DNA of 32,000 bases, from positions 225,087 to 257,086 of the forward strand of contig CAVUMX010000003.1 in the NCBI GenBank assembly GCA_963742725.1. Reading direction: 5' to 3'. Shown here one piece after another: positions 18,258 to 25,726 of the stretch. Each line of letters begins with the position of its first letter. Positions within the stretch are counted from its first letter, which is position 1. The notes below the pieces were generated by a model. The model ran no database searches. It was not told the origin of the DNA and saw nothing but the letters and a program-made list of their open reading frames with translations. Made by a program: the position numbers and the translations under genes. Origin of the DNA: an uncultured Actinomycetota bacterium. Lineage in GTDB: Bacteria > Actinomycetota > Actinomycetes > Mycobacteriales > Cryptosporangiaceae.

Positions 18258-19548
18258 GGCGGTCCTCCTCGCCACGCCGCTGCAGGGGAAGCGCGGGCAT
18301 CGTGCCAGCCCGCGGATCGGGGAGCAGCCCGAGCTGCACCAGCCGGTCCACCCTGGTGAAGCGGTGCACGCCCAGGCCGGACATGTTGTACGTGATGATG
18401 AACTGGAGCCGCCGGTTGCGCCGGTTGCGCTGCAGCACGTGCCGGCCCAGCACCTGGCCGCGCCAGCCGGTGTCGGTGAACAGCGTGGCGAGGTTGTGGC
18501 TCAGCCGCGAGACGTAGTCGATCCGGGGCCGCCGCACCTGGTCGTACCGGGACAGCGCGGCGTCGATGACCGCGGCGGTGAGCCGGTCGGCGCCGGCCAG
18601 TTGCTCGCTGAGGGTCCAGGCGTCGGCGATGGCGGCGTTCATGCCCTGGCCGGCCATCGGGTGCACGCAGTGCGCGGCGTCACCGAGCAGCGCCAGGCCG
18701 GGCCGGGTCCAGGTGGGGGCATTGAACCGCCACGCGGCCAGCGCCTGGGCGCTCGCCACGCCGTCCCGCAGCCGGTCGGCGATCGGGGCGAGCGCGGGCA
18801 CGGTGCGCAGCAGCCAGCCGATCCAGACCGGCAGCCCCGGCCTGCCGATCCGCCGGAACTCGCCGCCCGGCAGCTGCACGTAGAGCCGGGCGCGGTCACC
18901 GGGCATCGGGAAGAGCAGGCGCAGGCCGTCCCTGGTGAGGTGCGCGACCACGTCGTCGCCGAGGCCGGTGACCCCGGTGAGGTCGAAGCCGATCAGGTCG
19001 TGCGGGTACCGGGTGCGCTCCACGGCGATGCCGGCGTCGGTGCGGATCCGCGAGGAGTTGCCGTCGCAGCCGACGACCAGGTGGGCGTCCACGTCGGTGC
19101 GCGCGTCCCCGTCGGCGAGCCGCACGCCGACCACCCGGCCGGCGCCGTCGCAGCGGAGCCGTTCCACCAGCACCCCGGAGCGCACCTCCACGCCGTCGCC
19201 GGGCTCGGTGCCGATCGCCGCCTTGATGTCGGCGTAGTAGTGCACCAGGCAGTGGTCGAACGGCGGCGGCAGCAACCGGTAGTCCAGCGCGCCCACCTCG
19301 ACGCCGTCGGCCGTGCGGCAGGCCAACCGCGGCGCCCGCAGCGCACCCCGGGCGGCCAGCCGCGGCAGCGCGCCGAGCCCGTCCAGGATCTGTACCGAGC
19401 GAGGCTGCAACAGCTCTCCCTTGTGGACCGGCGCGGGCACGGGCTGCTTCTCCACGAGCAGCACCCGCCGCCCCTGCCGGGCGAACGCACGGGCGGCGGT
19501 GAGCCCACCCACACCGGCGCCGCAGACCACCACGTCGTAGTCGCGCAT
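18244..19548 (-). CDS. FAD-dependent (class A flavoprotein) monooxygenase
   Basis: 434 aa from the ATG at 19548 with YDVVVCGAGVGGLTAARAFARQG (GxGxxG), GCDGNSSRIR (DG motif) and LLGDAAHCVHPMAGQGMNAAIADA (GD motif). The rest of the 724-aa track ORF is Arg-rich read-through into the cyclase gene. Confidence 0.9.
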   Translation of the reverse strand: MRDYDVVVCGAGVGGLTAARAFARQGRRVLLVEKQPVPAPVHKGELLQPRSVQILDGLGALPRLAARGALRAPRLACRTADGVEVGALDYRLLPPPFDHCLVHYYADIKAAIGTEPGDGVEVRSGVLVERLRCDGAGRVVGVRLADGDARTDVDAHLVVGCDGNSSRIRTDAGIAVERTRYPHDLIGFDLTGVTGLGDDVVAHLTRDGLRLLFPMPGDRARLYVQLPGGEFRRIGRPGLPVWIGWLLRTVPALAPIADRLRDGVASAQALAAWRFNAPTWTRPGLALLGDAAHCVHPMAGQGMNAAIADAWTLSEQLAGADRLTAAVIDAALSRYDQVRRPRIDYVSRLSHNLATLFTDTGWRGQVLGRHVLQRNRRNRRLQFIITYNMSGLGVHRFTRVDRLVQLGLLPDPRAGTMPALPLQRRGEEDRHVPH

Positions 19549-21218
19549 CACGCCGCTCCGGCGCGGTACCGGCCGAGTGCCTGGAGCGCGAACCCGTCGG
19601 CGATGTGATCGCACCAGTAGGTCAGGCCAAGGAAGTAGATGCCGACGAACGTCGCGGGCCAGCGCCCGTCCGGACGCTGCCGCGCCAGCAACCAGGCCAC
19701 CCCCGCACGGACCGCCGCCGAGCCGGCCTGCCCCGCGGCGATCAGCCCGAGCACCGCCCACGCGGTCTCCTCCACCGAGGGCGGCGCGGAGACTCCGTCG
19801 CCCCAGCCGCCGTCCTCGTGCTGGTGGGCGAGCAGCCAGTCGCGGCAGCCCACCGCGGTGGCGGTGCCGGCCAGGCCGAGCTGCCCGAGCGCGTCGAGCA
19901 CCCGCGCCGTGCCCGCGGTGTTGCCGCGGAACCAGATGTTGGCGAACGCGCCGTCGGACCGCTGCGTCCTGGCGAACCAGCGCACCGCCTTGGCCAGCGC
20001 CGGCTCGCCGGGCAAGCCGCCGGCCGCGTTTAGGCCGAGTACGGCGTGCGCGGTCATCACCGAACACGGCGAGTCCATCGAGACGCCCGCGTTGCTGGCG
20101 AAGCAGCCCCACGAGCCGTCCCGGTTCTGCATGGTGCGCAGCCAGTCGACGCCTTTTCGCAGGGCCGCCTCGTCGCCGCCGAGCTGAGCCAGCACCCCGA
20201 CCGCGCACGCGGTGTCGTCGGTGTCCGGCCAGCCCGAGGGCAGCGACCAGCCCCACCCGCCAGCGGGCGCACCGGTCGGCGGGAACGGGTCGGGGCGCTG
20301 GCAGCGGCGGATCCAGTCCGCGGTCCCGGCCAGCTCGGCGCGGTCGACACCGGCGTCGCGCAGGCCCTGCGCCACGTACATGCTCACCGAGAACTCGATG
20401 TCCCGATCGACCGGCCACGACCCGTCGGCGCGGACGGTGGCGCGTAGGTAGCGGACGTAGTCGTGGGCGAGGTCGAGCCCGACGCCGGCGCGCACCAGCC
20501 CGACGCAGACGATCGAGGCCATCAGCGCGGACTCCTCAACGCCGCCGGGACGATCCGGATCGCTGCTCTCGTACGCGTGGATGTCGGCGAGGTAGCGCAG
20601 CGCCTTCGGCTCGGCGAGCCGGTCCAGGCGGCGGCGCAGCGGGCCGGTGCGGCGGGTCCGCGCCTGCATCACACCCCACGACATCAGCCCGGGCACGGTG
20701 AACGAGAGCCGCTGGCGGAGCCGGCGCGGCAGCAGCACCAGCTCCAGCGGCATCCGGTCGATCCGGGCCGCGTCGTACAGGCCGGCCAGCGCGAGGTACT
20801 GCTGGCAGACCGCCTTGAGCGTGCACAGGGTCTTGTCCTCGACGGCGGCCATCCCACCGAACTCGCCGATCCGGGCGAGGCCCCGGGTGACCGCGAACAC
20901 CGACCGCTCCGGCTGGACCAGTTGCAGCGCGGCAACGGCGATCGCGGTGGCGTTCAGCGTGCTCGGTCCGTCTGGTGCGTCGCCCCAGCCGCCGTCCGCG
21001 GCCTGGGTCTCGCGTAACCAGCCGGCGCCGCGTACCACCAGCTCGCCGGAATCGGCCGCGAGGTGCAGCGCGATCACGGCCGATCCGGTGGACACGGCGG
21101 ACGAGGGCAGCGTGCCCTGCCACGAGCCGTCCGCACGGCGCAGGGCGAACAGCCCGTCGACCGCCGCCGCGATGCCCCGGTCCACCGTCTCGACAGCGGG
21201 TAACCGCACGCCGGTCAC
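19548..21218 (-). CDS. squalene-hopene-cyclase-family class II terpene cyclase, unusually short (556 aa)
   Basis: The GTG at 21218 forms a GTGA overlap with the SCP2 stop. DxDD motif GWPDTDDTACAV (codons at 20214-20225). Multiple QW repeats (LRETQAADGGWGD, LRTMQNRDGSWGC, ARTQRSDGAF, LLAHQHEDGGWGD, LLARQRPDGRWP). The C-terminus ...YFLGLTYWCDH..FALQALGRY parallels SHC. Confidence 0.88.
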   Translation of the reverse strand: MTGVRLPAVETVDRGIAAAVDGLFALRRADGSWQGTLPSSAVSTGSAVIALHLAADSGELVVRGAGWLRETQAADGGWGDAPDGPSTLNATAIAVAALQLVQPERSVFAVTRGLARIGEFGGMAAVEDKTLCTLKAVCQQYLALAGLYDAARIDRMPLELVLLPRRLRQRLSFTVPGLMSWGVMQARTRRTGPLRRRLDRLAEPKALRYLADIHAYESSDPDRPGGVEESALMASIVCVGLVRAGVGLDLAHDYVRYLRATVRADGSWPVDRDIEFSVSMYVAQGLRDAGVDRAELAGTADWIRRCQRPDPFPPTGAPAGGWGWSLPSGWPDTDDTACAVGVLAQLGGDEAALRKGVDWLRTMQNRDGSWGCFASNAGVSMDSPCSVMTAHAVLGLNAAGGLPGEPALAKAVRWFARTQRSDGAFANIWFRGNTAGTARVLDALGQLGLAGTATAVGCRDWLLAHQHEDGGWGDGVSAPPSVEETAWAVLGLIAAGQAGSAAVRAGVAWLLARQRPDGRWPATFVGIYFLGLTYWCDHIADGFALQALGRYRAGAA

Positions 21219-21694
21219 GCAGATCGCCCCCGCGGGTCGGCCTGCTGCTCCAGCCGCGCCTCGACCGCGCAGTTCTCGCCCGATCCAGGACCGGTTGTCT
21301 CGCCGCGCTTGAGCGCCTTCTTGTACCGGTTGAACAGCGAGCGCATCAGCAGCAGCTTCGGCATCGACGGCGCCTTGCGGATGTCCAGCAGCCCGCTCAC
21401 GATCGCCTCCCGACCGCCCAGCTCGCCGCTGGTGAGGCGGTGCAGGGTGAGCGGTTCGGTGCGAATCACGATGTCGGCCTGCTCGTACGGGATCGCACCA
21501 GGCTCGATCGCGCGACGGTCCCGCCCCACTGTGAGCAGGTACGGGGTGGGCTCCGGGCCGCCGGTCTGGAACTCGTACAGCACGGTGAGCGCGCCACCCG
21601 CCAGCCGCTGCGCCAGGGTCGGGTTGCGGCGGCTCACCTCCAGCATGTCCCGTAGCTCGGCGACCACGTCCTCGATGGTCATCTCGGTGCTCAT
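21215..21694 (-). CDS. SCP2 (sterol-carrier-protein-2-like) lipid-binding domain protein
   Basis: 159 aa from the ATG at 21694, which forms an ATGA overlap with the radical SAM stop. The SCP2-like pattern is ALTVLYEFQTGG..PYLLTVGRDRRAIEPG...ADIVIRTEPLTLHRLTSGELGGREAIVSGLLDIRKAPSMPKLLLMRSLF. Confidence 0.75.
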   Translation of the reverse strand: MSTEMTIEDVVAELRDMLEVSRRNPTLAQRLAGGALTVLYEFQTGGPEPTPYLLTVGRDRRAIEPGAIPYEQADIVIRTEPLTLHRLTSGELGGREAIVSGLLDIRKAPSMPKLLLMRSLFNRYKKALKRGETTGPGSGENCAVEARLEQQADPRGRSA

Positions 21695-22872
21695 CGGATA
21701 CCTCCGTCGCGGGCGTTGTGCGAGGCCAGCGAGAGGCCATCGACCGGGATGAACACCGGCGCCGGGCCTGCGGGGGACAGGCCCGCGGCGGGCGATGCGG
21801 CCGGAAGCGCGGCCAGCAGTTCCGTGGTCGACCGCCAGTAGGTGGGGTCCATCGCGTCCGGCTGTCCGGTGTGGATGATCGAGCGGGCCAGGCAGCCCAG
21901 ATCCTCGGCGCGGGCGCGCTTGAGCAGCGGCGCCTGCCAGATGTCGACGATGCTCTGCTCGCGCAGGCTGCCGATCTTGGCGTGCACGAACGGGCAGGAG
22001 TGGATGTCGCCGTTGGGCTGCACGCTGACCATGAACCGGCCGACCTTGCAGCCGGAGCTCTTCTCGAAGCCGACCGCGTGGCCGGCGTGGTGGTGCTCGC
22101 TCCCCGGCCGGTTCAGCTCGATACCCTGCGGGCAGGCCAGGCTCTCCTGGACCGGGACGTTGATGCCGAGCGGCGCGCCGATGTCGCGTAACCGGTGCAG
22201 GGTCTTGAGGAACAGCTCCTTGCCGATGATGTCCGCGCGGCGGTCCTCGGTGCCGCCGGCGGCGCGGCCGACCATGAAGATCGGCAGCAGGATCAGCTCC
22301 TCGACGCCCTCGTCGAGCGCCCACTGGAACAGGTCCGGGATGGCCTCGTAGCTGTCCTCGGTGACCACGATCCGGACGCTGGTGCGCAGCCCCTGCCGGA
22401 CGGCGTACCGGATCGTGCCCTTGGCGCCGGCCAGCGAGCCCGCCACGCCGCGGACCGCGTCGTGCACGGCATCGTCGCGGCTGTCGATGGAGACGCCGAT
22501 CATCTCCAGGCCGGCGTCGACGAGCCGGTCGATCTTCTCGTCGCGGACGTTCAGCCCGTTGGTCAGCAGCGCGGTGTAGATGCCGAGGTCGGTCGAGTAG
22601 TCGACGAGTTCGTAGATGTCGCGCCGGGTCAGCGGTTCGCCGCCGAGGAAGGTGACGAACATCAGGCCGCTGGCGGCGAAGTCGTCCAGGACGCGTTTCG
22701 CCTCCGCGGTGTCCAGCTCGTCGGGGTCCCGCTTGCGGGCGTCCGCGAAGCAGTAGTAGCACTTCAGGTTGCAGGCTCTGGTGACGATCCACCACGCGGA
22801 GGGCGGCGCCAGGAGACTCCCCGATCTCGCCCCGTCCATGTACTCCTCGAGCCAGCTCATGCCCTCCGGCAT
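21691..22872 (-). CDS. radical SAM enzyme with C-terminal auxiliary-cluster (Twitch/partial SPASM) region
   Basis: 393 aa with the CxxxCxxC motif in TRACNLKCYYCF (codons at 22750-22773), FLGGEPL, and the C-terminal GCKVGRFMVSVQPNGDIHSCPF typical of the SPASM/Twitch beta-hairpin. There is no full CxxCx5Cx3C block. The ATG at 22872 is preceded by GGAAGGGGGG. It is not HpnH-like by my recollection of that family. Confidence 0.88.
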   Translation of the reverse strand: MPEGMSWLEEYMDGARSGSLLAPPSAWWIVTRACNLKCYYCFADARKRDPDELDTAEAKRVLDDFAASGLMFVTFLGGEPLTRRDIYELVDYSTDLGIYTALLTNGLNVRDEKIDRLVDAGLEMIGVSIDSRDDAVHDAVRGVAGSLAGAKGTIRYAVRQGLRTSVRIVVTEDSYEAIPDLFQWALDEGVEELILLPIFMVGRAAGGTEDRRADIIGKELFLKTLHRLRDIGAPLGINVPVQESLACPQGIELNRPGSEHHHAGHAVGFEKSSGCKVGRFMVSVQPNGDIHSCPFVHAKIGSLREQSIVDIWQAPLLKRARAEDLGCLARSIIHTGQPDAMDPTYWRSTTELLAALPAASPAAGLSPAGPAPVFIPVDGLSLASHNARDGGIR

Positions 22873-22912
22873 CTGACCCCCCTTCCCTGGTGTGCCCGCG
22901 CCCGGGGCGCGG

Positions 22913-23674
22913 TCAGCGTCTGAAGATCCGGGTGCGGTAGGTCCACACCAGGTAGGCCAGCCCGAACAGGACGACCGCGTACAGCGCGCCCTGCCCGAGG
23001 TAGCGGTACACGTTGGTGACGTCGGTGAAGACCGCCGTCTTCAGGGCCTCGACGGCCGGCCAGTAGACGAGGTACTTCTCCGCCTCGGCACCGCCCCGGC
23101 CGAGCGCCATCTGGATGCCGGCGACCGCGATGATCACCATCGCCGCCTCGAACTCGCGCGGGATCAGCAGCCCGACGAGTGTGCCGAGAGCGACCCCGAT
23201 GAAGCCGATCAACAGCAGCGCCAGCGCGGTGAGCAGGACAGAGTGCACGTCCACCAGCGGCACGAAGATCGCCAGGAAGACGAGCGTCGAGATGAGCGTG
23301 ATCATCGCCAGCACCGCGAGCCGGGCCGACAGCAGCTGGTGCGGCCGGTATCCGACCAGGCGCAGCCGCCGCATCACCGCCGTGCTGCCGAGCACCGTGG
23401 TCAGCGCGGCGAACGAGCTGGTCACGCTGATGCCGAGGACGGCCAGGTAGAGCGCCTTGAACGCCCGGTCGTTCACCTGCAGTTCGGTGAATCCGTCGCC
23501 GGTGAAGACGTTCGCCGGTGCCACCTCGGTGGCGTCGCTGGTCAGGTAGCTGACCAGGAAGTACGAGGCCGGCATGAAGATCATGAACAGCACGGTCGGC
23601 CAGCGGCGCAGCAGTTCGCGCAGGAACATGCCGGTCGCGACGGGCGTGGCCCGGTGCGGAGTCGTCGTGGTCAT
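22913..23674 (-). CDS. ABC-2 type transporter permease
   Basis: 253 aa with about 6 hydrophobic segments. It is translationally coupled (ATGA at 23671-23674) to the upstream ABC ATPase, the classic ABC-2 exporter pair arrangement. Confidence 0.8.
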   Translation of the reverse strand: MTTTTPHRATPVATGMFLRELLRRWPTVLFMIFMPASYFLVSYLTSDATEVAPANVFTGDGFTELQVNDRAFKALYLAVLGISVTSSFAALTTVLGSTAVMRRLRLVGYRPHQLLSARLAVLAMITLISTLVFLAIFVPLVDVHSVLLTALALLLIGFIGVALGTLVGLLIPREFEAAMVIIAVAGIQMALGRGGAEAEKYLVYWPAVEALKTAVFTDVTNVYRYLGQGALYAVVLFGLAYLVWTYRTRIFRR

Positions 23675-24366
23675 GCGGCACCGCCCGCGACCTGGTCGGC
23701 CAGCCGGCCGCTCGCGACGACCCGGCCCTGCACCAGGTCGAGCATCGCGTCGAACCGGTCCTTCTCCGAGTGCATGTGACTCACCACCGCGACCGCGCCG
23801 CCGTCACGCCGGAACTGTTCGGCGTAGGCCCAGAACTTCAGGTAGGTGTCGTAGTCGAAGCCCTGGTAGGGCTCGTCGAGGATGAGCACGTCCGGGGTGT
23901 GCAGCAGCGAGGCGATCAGGTTCACCTTCTGCCGGGTACCGCCGGAGAGCCGGCTGACCCTGGTGCCGGCGTACTGGGTGCAGCCGAACGTCTCCATCAG
24001 CTCGCCCGCGCGGGCGGACACCTTCTCGGCGGTCAGCCCGTAACCGGCGCCGAAGAGGCGGAGCTGCTCGGCGATGGTCAGCGCGTCCAGCAGCGACGGC
24101 TCCTGCGGGCAGTAGCCGATCGAGCCGCTGACCAGGATCTCGCCTGAGTCCGGGCCGAGCAGGCCGACCAGGCATTTGAGCAGCGTGGACTTGCCCGCAC
24201 CGTTCTCGCCCTCGATGCCGACCAGGGTGCCGGCCGGTATCGAGAAGGTGACGTCGGTGAGCACCCGCCGCCGCCCGTAGCGCTTGGCCACGCCACGGAC
24301 GGAGACGGCGGGTGCCCCGGCGGCACCACGGCCGGCCGTGGGCCGAGCCTCCTCGTGCGTATGCAT
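23671..24366 (-). CDS. ABC transporter ATP-binding protein
   Basis: The ATG at 24366 is preceded by GAGAAGGAAG. Walker A GENGAGKST, signature LSGGTRQK, Walker B VLILDEP. Confidence 0.93.
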   Translation of the reverse strand: MHTHEEARPTAGRGAAGAPAVSVRGVAKRYGRRRVLTDVTFSIPAGTLVGIEGENGAGKSTLLKCLVGLLGPDSGEILVSGSIGYCPQEPSLLDALTIAEQLRLFGAGYGLTAEKVSARAGELMETFGCTQYAGTRVSRLSGGTRQKVNLIASLLHTPDVLILDEPYQGFDYDTYLKFWAYAEQFRRDGGAVAVVSHMHSEKDRFDAMLDLVQGRVVASGRLADQVAGGAA

Positions 24367-24451
24367 TCGGACTTCCTTCTCATTTGGGGTATCAATCACG
24401 CAGCCACCGTACGAGAACCGGGCGGCCACCGGTACCTGCTTCATCCGCAAT

Positions 24452-25726
24452 TCACCACGTCACCGGCACCGCCTCCGGTGCCTGCGCCGCGGTCTCGGTC
24501 AGCCAGCGCACCTCGTCGTACGGCACCGCCAGCCGCAGCTCGGGGAACCGCCGCAGCAGCGCGCCGAACCCGAGCTGCAGTTCCATCCGGGCGACCGGCG
24601 CGCCGAAGCAGAACGCCGGGCCGCTGCCGAAGGTCAGGTGCTGGTTCGCGGTGCCCCTGGTGATGTCGAACCGCTCAGCGCCGGCGAAGTGCGCGTCGTC
24701 CTGGTTGGCGGCGTGCCTGGCGACCAGCACGGTCGCGCCCGCCGGGATCAACACGCCGCCGATCTCGACGTCCGCCGTGGCGTACCGGCTGATCCCGTAC
24801 CCGTTGCCCGGCGGCGTGCGGCGCAGCATCTCCTCGGTCGCCGACTCGACCAGCGCGCCGCCGGCGAGAATGTCGTCCCGGAGCGCGGCGAACTGGTCCG
24901 GATGCCGGTGCAGCAGCAGGAAGCCCTTGCCGATCTCGGCCGCGGTCGTCTTGTAGCCGGCGACCAGCAGCGTCATCACCGTGATCCACAGCTCTTCCTC
25001 GGTGAGCCGGCCGTCTTCCTCGTCGGCCACCGCGACCAGCCCGCTGAGCAGGTCGTCCGCCGGTTCGCGGCGCTTGGCGGCACTCAGCGCCTTGGCGTAG
25101 TCGATCAGCGTGCCCGCCGCGCCCGCCCGGTCCGAGGGATCGTGGTCGCTGGAGAGCATCGTGTCCACCCAGTCGCGGAACTGCGCCTGGTCGGCGACCG
25201 GGACGCCGAGCATCGTGCAGATGACCGTGATCGGCAGCGGGTAGGCGAACGCGGCCATCAGGTCGGCCGGCGGGCCCTGCGCGGCCAGCTTCTCGACCAG
25301 GTGGTCCACAGTGGCCTGGATCCGCGGGCGCATCGCCTCGACCTGGCGCGGGGTGAACGCTCTGGCCACCAGCCGGCGCCAGCGGGTGTGCACCGGCGGG
25401 TCGGCGAACGGGTTGCCGTAGTTGCCGAACCCGATCGCGGTCTTCATCCTGGCGGCGTCGGGCCGATTGAGGTCGCGGCTGAACCGTACGTCGGACAGCA
25501 CCGCGCGCACGTCGGCGTACCGGGTGACCAGCCAGGCCCGGTCGCCGCTGGGCAGCGTCACCGTCGTGACCGGATCGTGCTCGCGCAGCCAGCCGTACTC
25601 CGCCTGGATGTCCAGCGGGTCGGCCTTGGGGAACGGGAAGCGCATCGGGCACCCTGGCCTGTTCACAGCCTCGGCGTTCGCAGGCCCTGCGTTCTCGGGC
25701 CCTGCGTTCACGGGCTCGGCGCTCAT
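24452..25726 (-). CDS. cytochrome P450 monooxygenase
   Basis: 424 aa from the ATG at 25726, which forms an ATGA overlap with the fusion-gene stop. I-helix LLVAGYKTTAAEIG, ExxR (EEMLRR), heme loop FGSGPAFCFGAPVAR. The 1250-aa track ORF is this gene plus an out-of-frame shadow of the upstream gene. Confidence 0.93.
   Translation of the reverse strand: MSAEPVNAGPENAGPANAEAVNRPGCPMRFPFPKADPLDIQAEYGWLREHDPVTTVTLPSGDRAWLVTRYADVRAVLSDVRFSRDLNRPDAARMKTAIGFGNYGNPFADPPVHTRWRRLVARAFTPRQVEAMRPRIQATVDHLVEKLAAQGPPADLMAAFAYPLPITVICTMLGVPVADQAQFRDWVDTMLSSDHDPSDRAGAAGTLIDYAKALSAAKRREPADDLLSGLVAVADEEDGRLTEEELWITVMTLLVAGYKTTAAEIGKGFLLLHRHPDQFAALRDDILAGGALVESATEEMLRRTPPGNGYGISRYATADVEIGGVLIPAGATVLVARHAANQDDAHFAGAERFDITRGTANQHLTFGSGPAFCFGAPVARMELQLGFGALLRRFPELRLAVPYDEVRWLTETAAQAPEAVPVTW

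Noticed and set aside
13917-21218. Interpreting cyclase plus ispG plus dxs as a standard actinomycete hopanoid (hop/hpn) cluster.
   Set aside because: The window has no squalene or phytoene-synthase-type genes, no HpnE-type desaturase and no HpnH-type radical SAM or HpnG. The cyclase is short. The context (UbiA fusion, P450, SCP2, Twitch-type radical SAM) differs. I cannot exclude that the cyclase still makes hopene.
21691-22872. Treating the radical SAM/SPASM-like enzyme as a RiPP maturase with a nearby precursor peptide.
   Set aside because: The flanking gaps (40 nt and 85 nt) are too short to hold a precursor peptide, and the neighbours overlap it tightly. No RRE-like or peptidase partner is present, and the partner is an SCP2 protein. 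This is not fully excluded without a dedicated small-ORF search.
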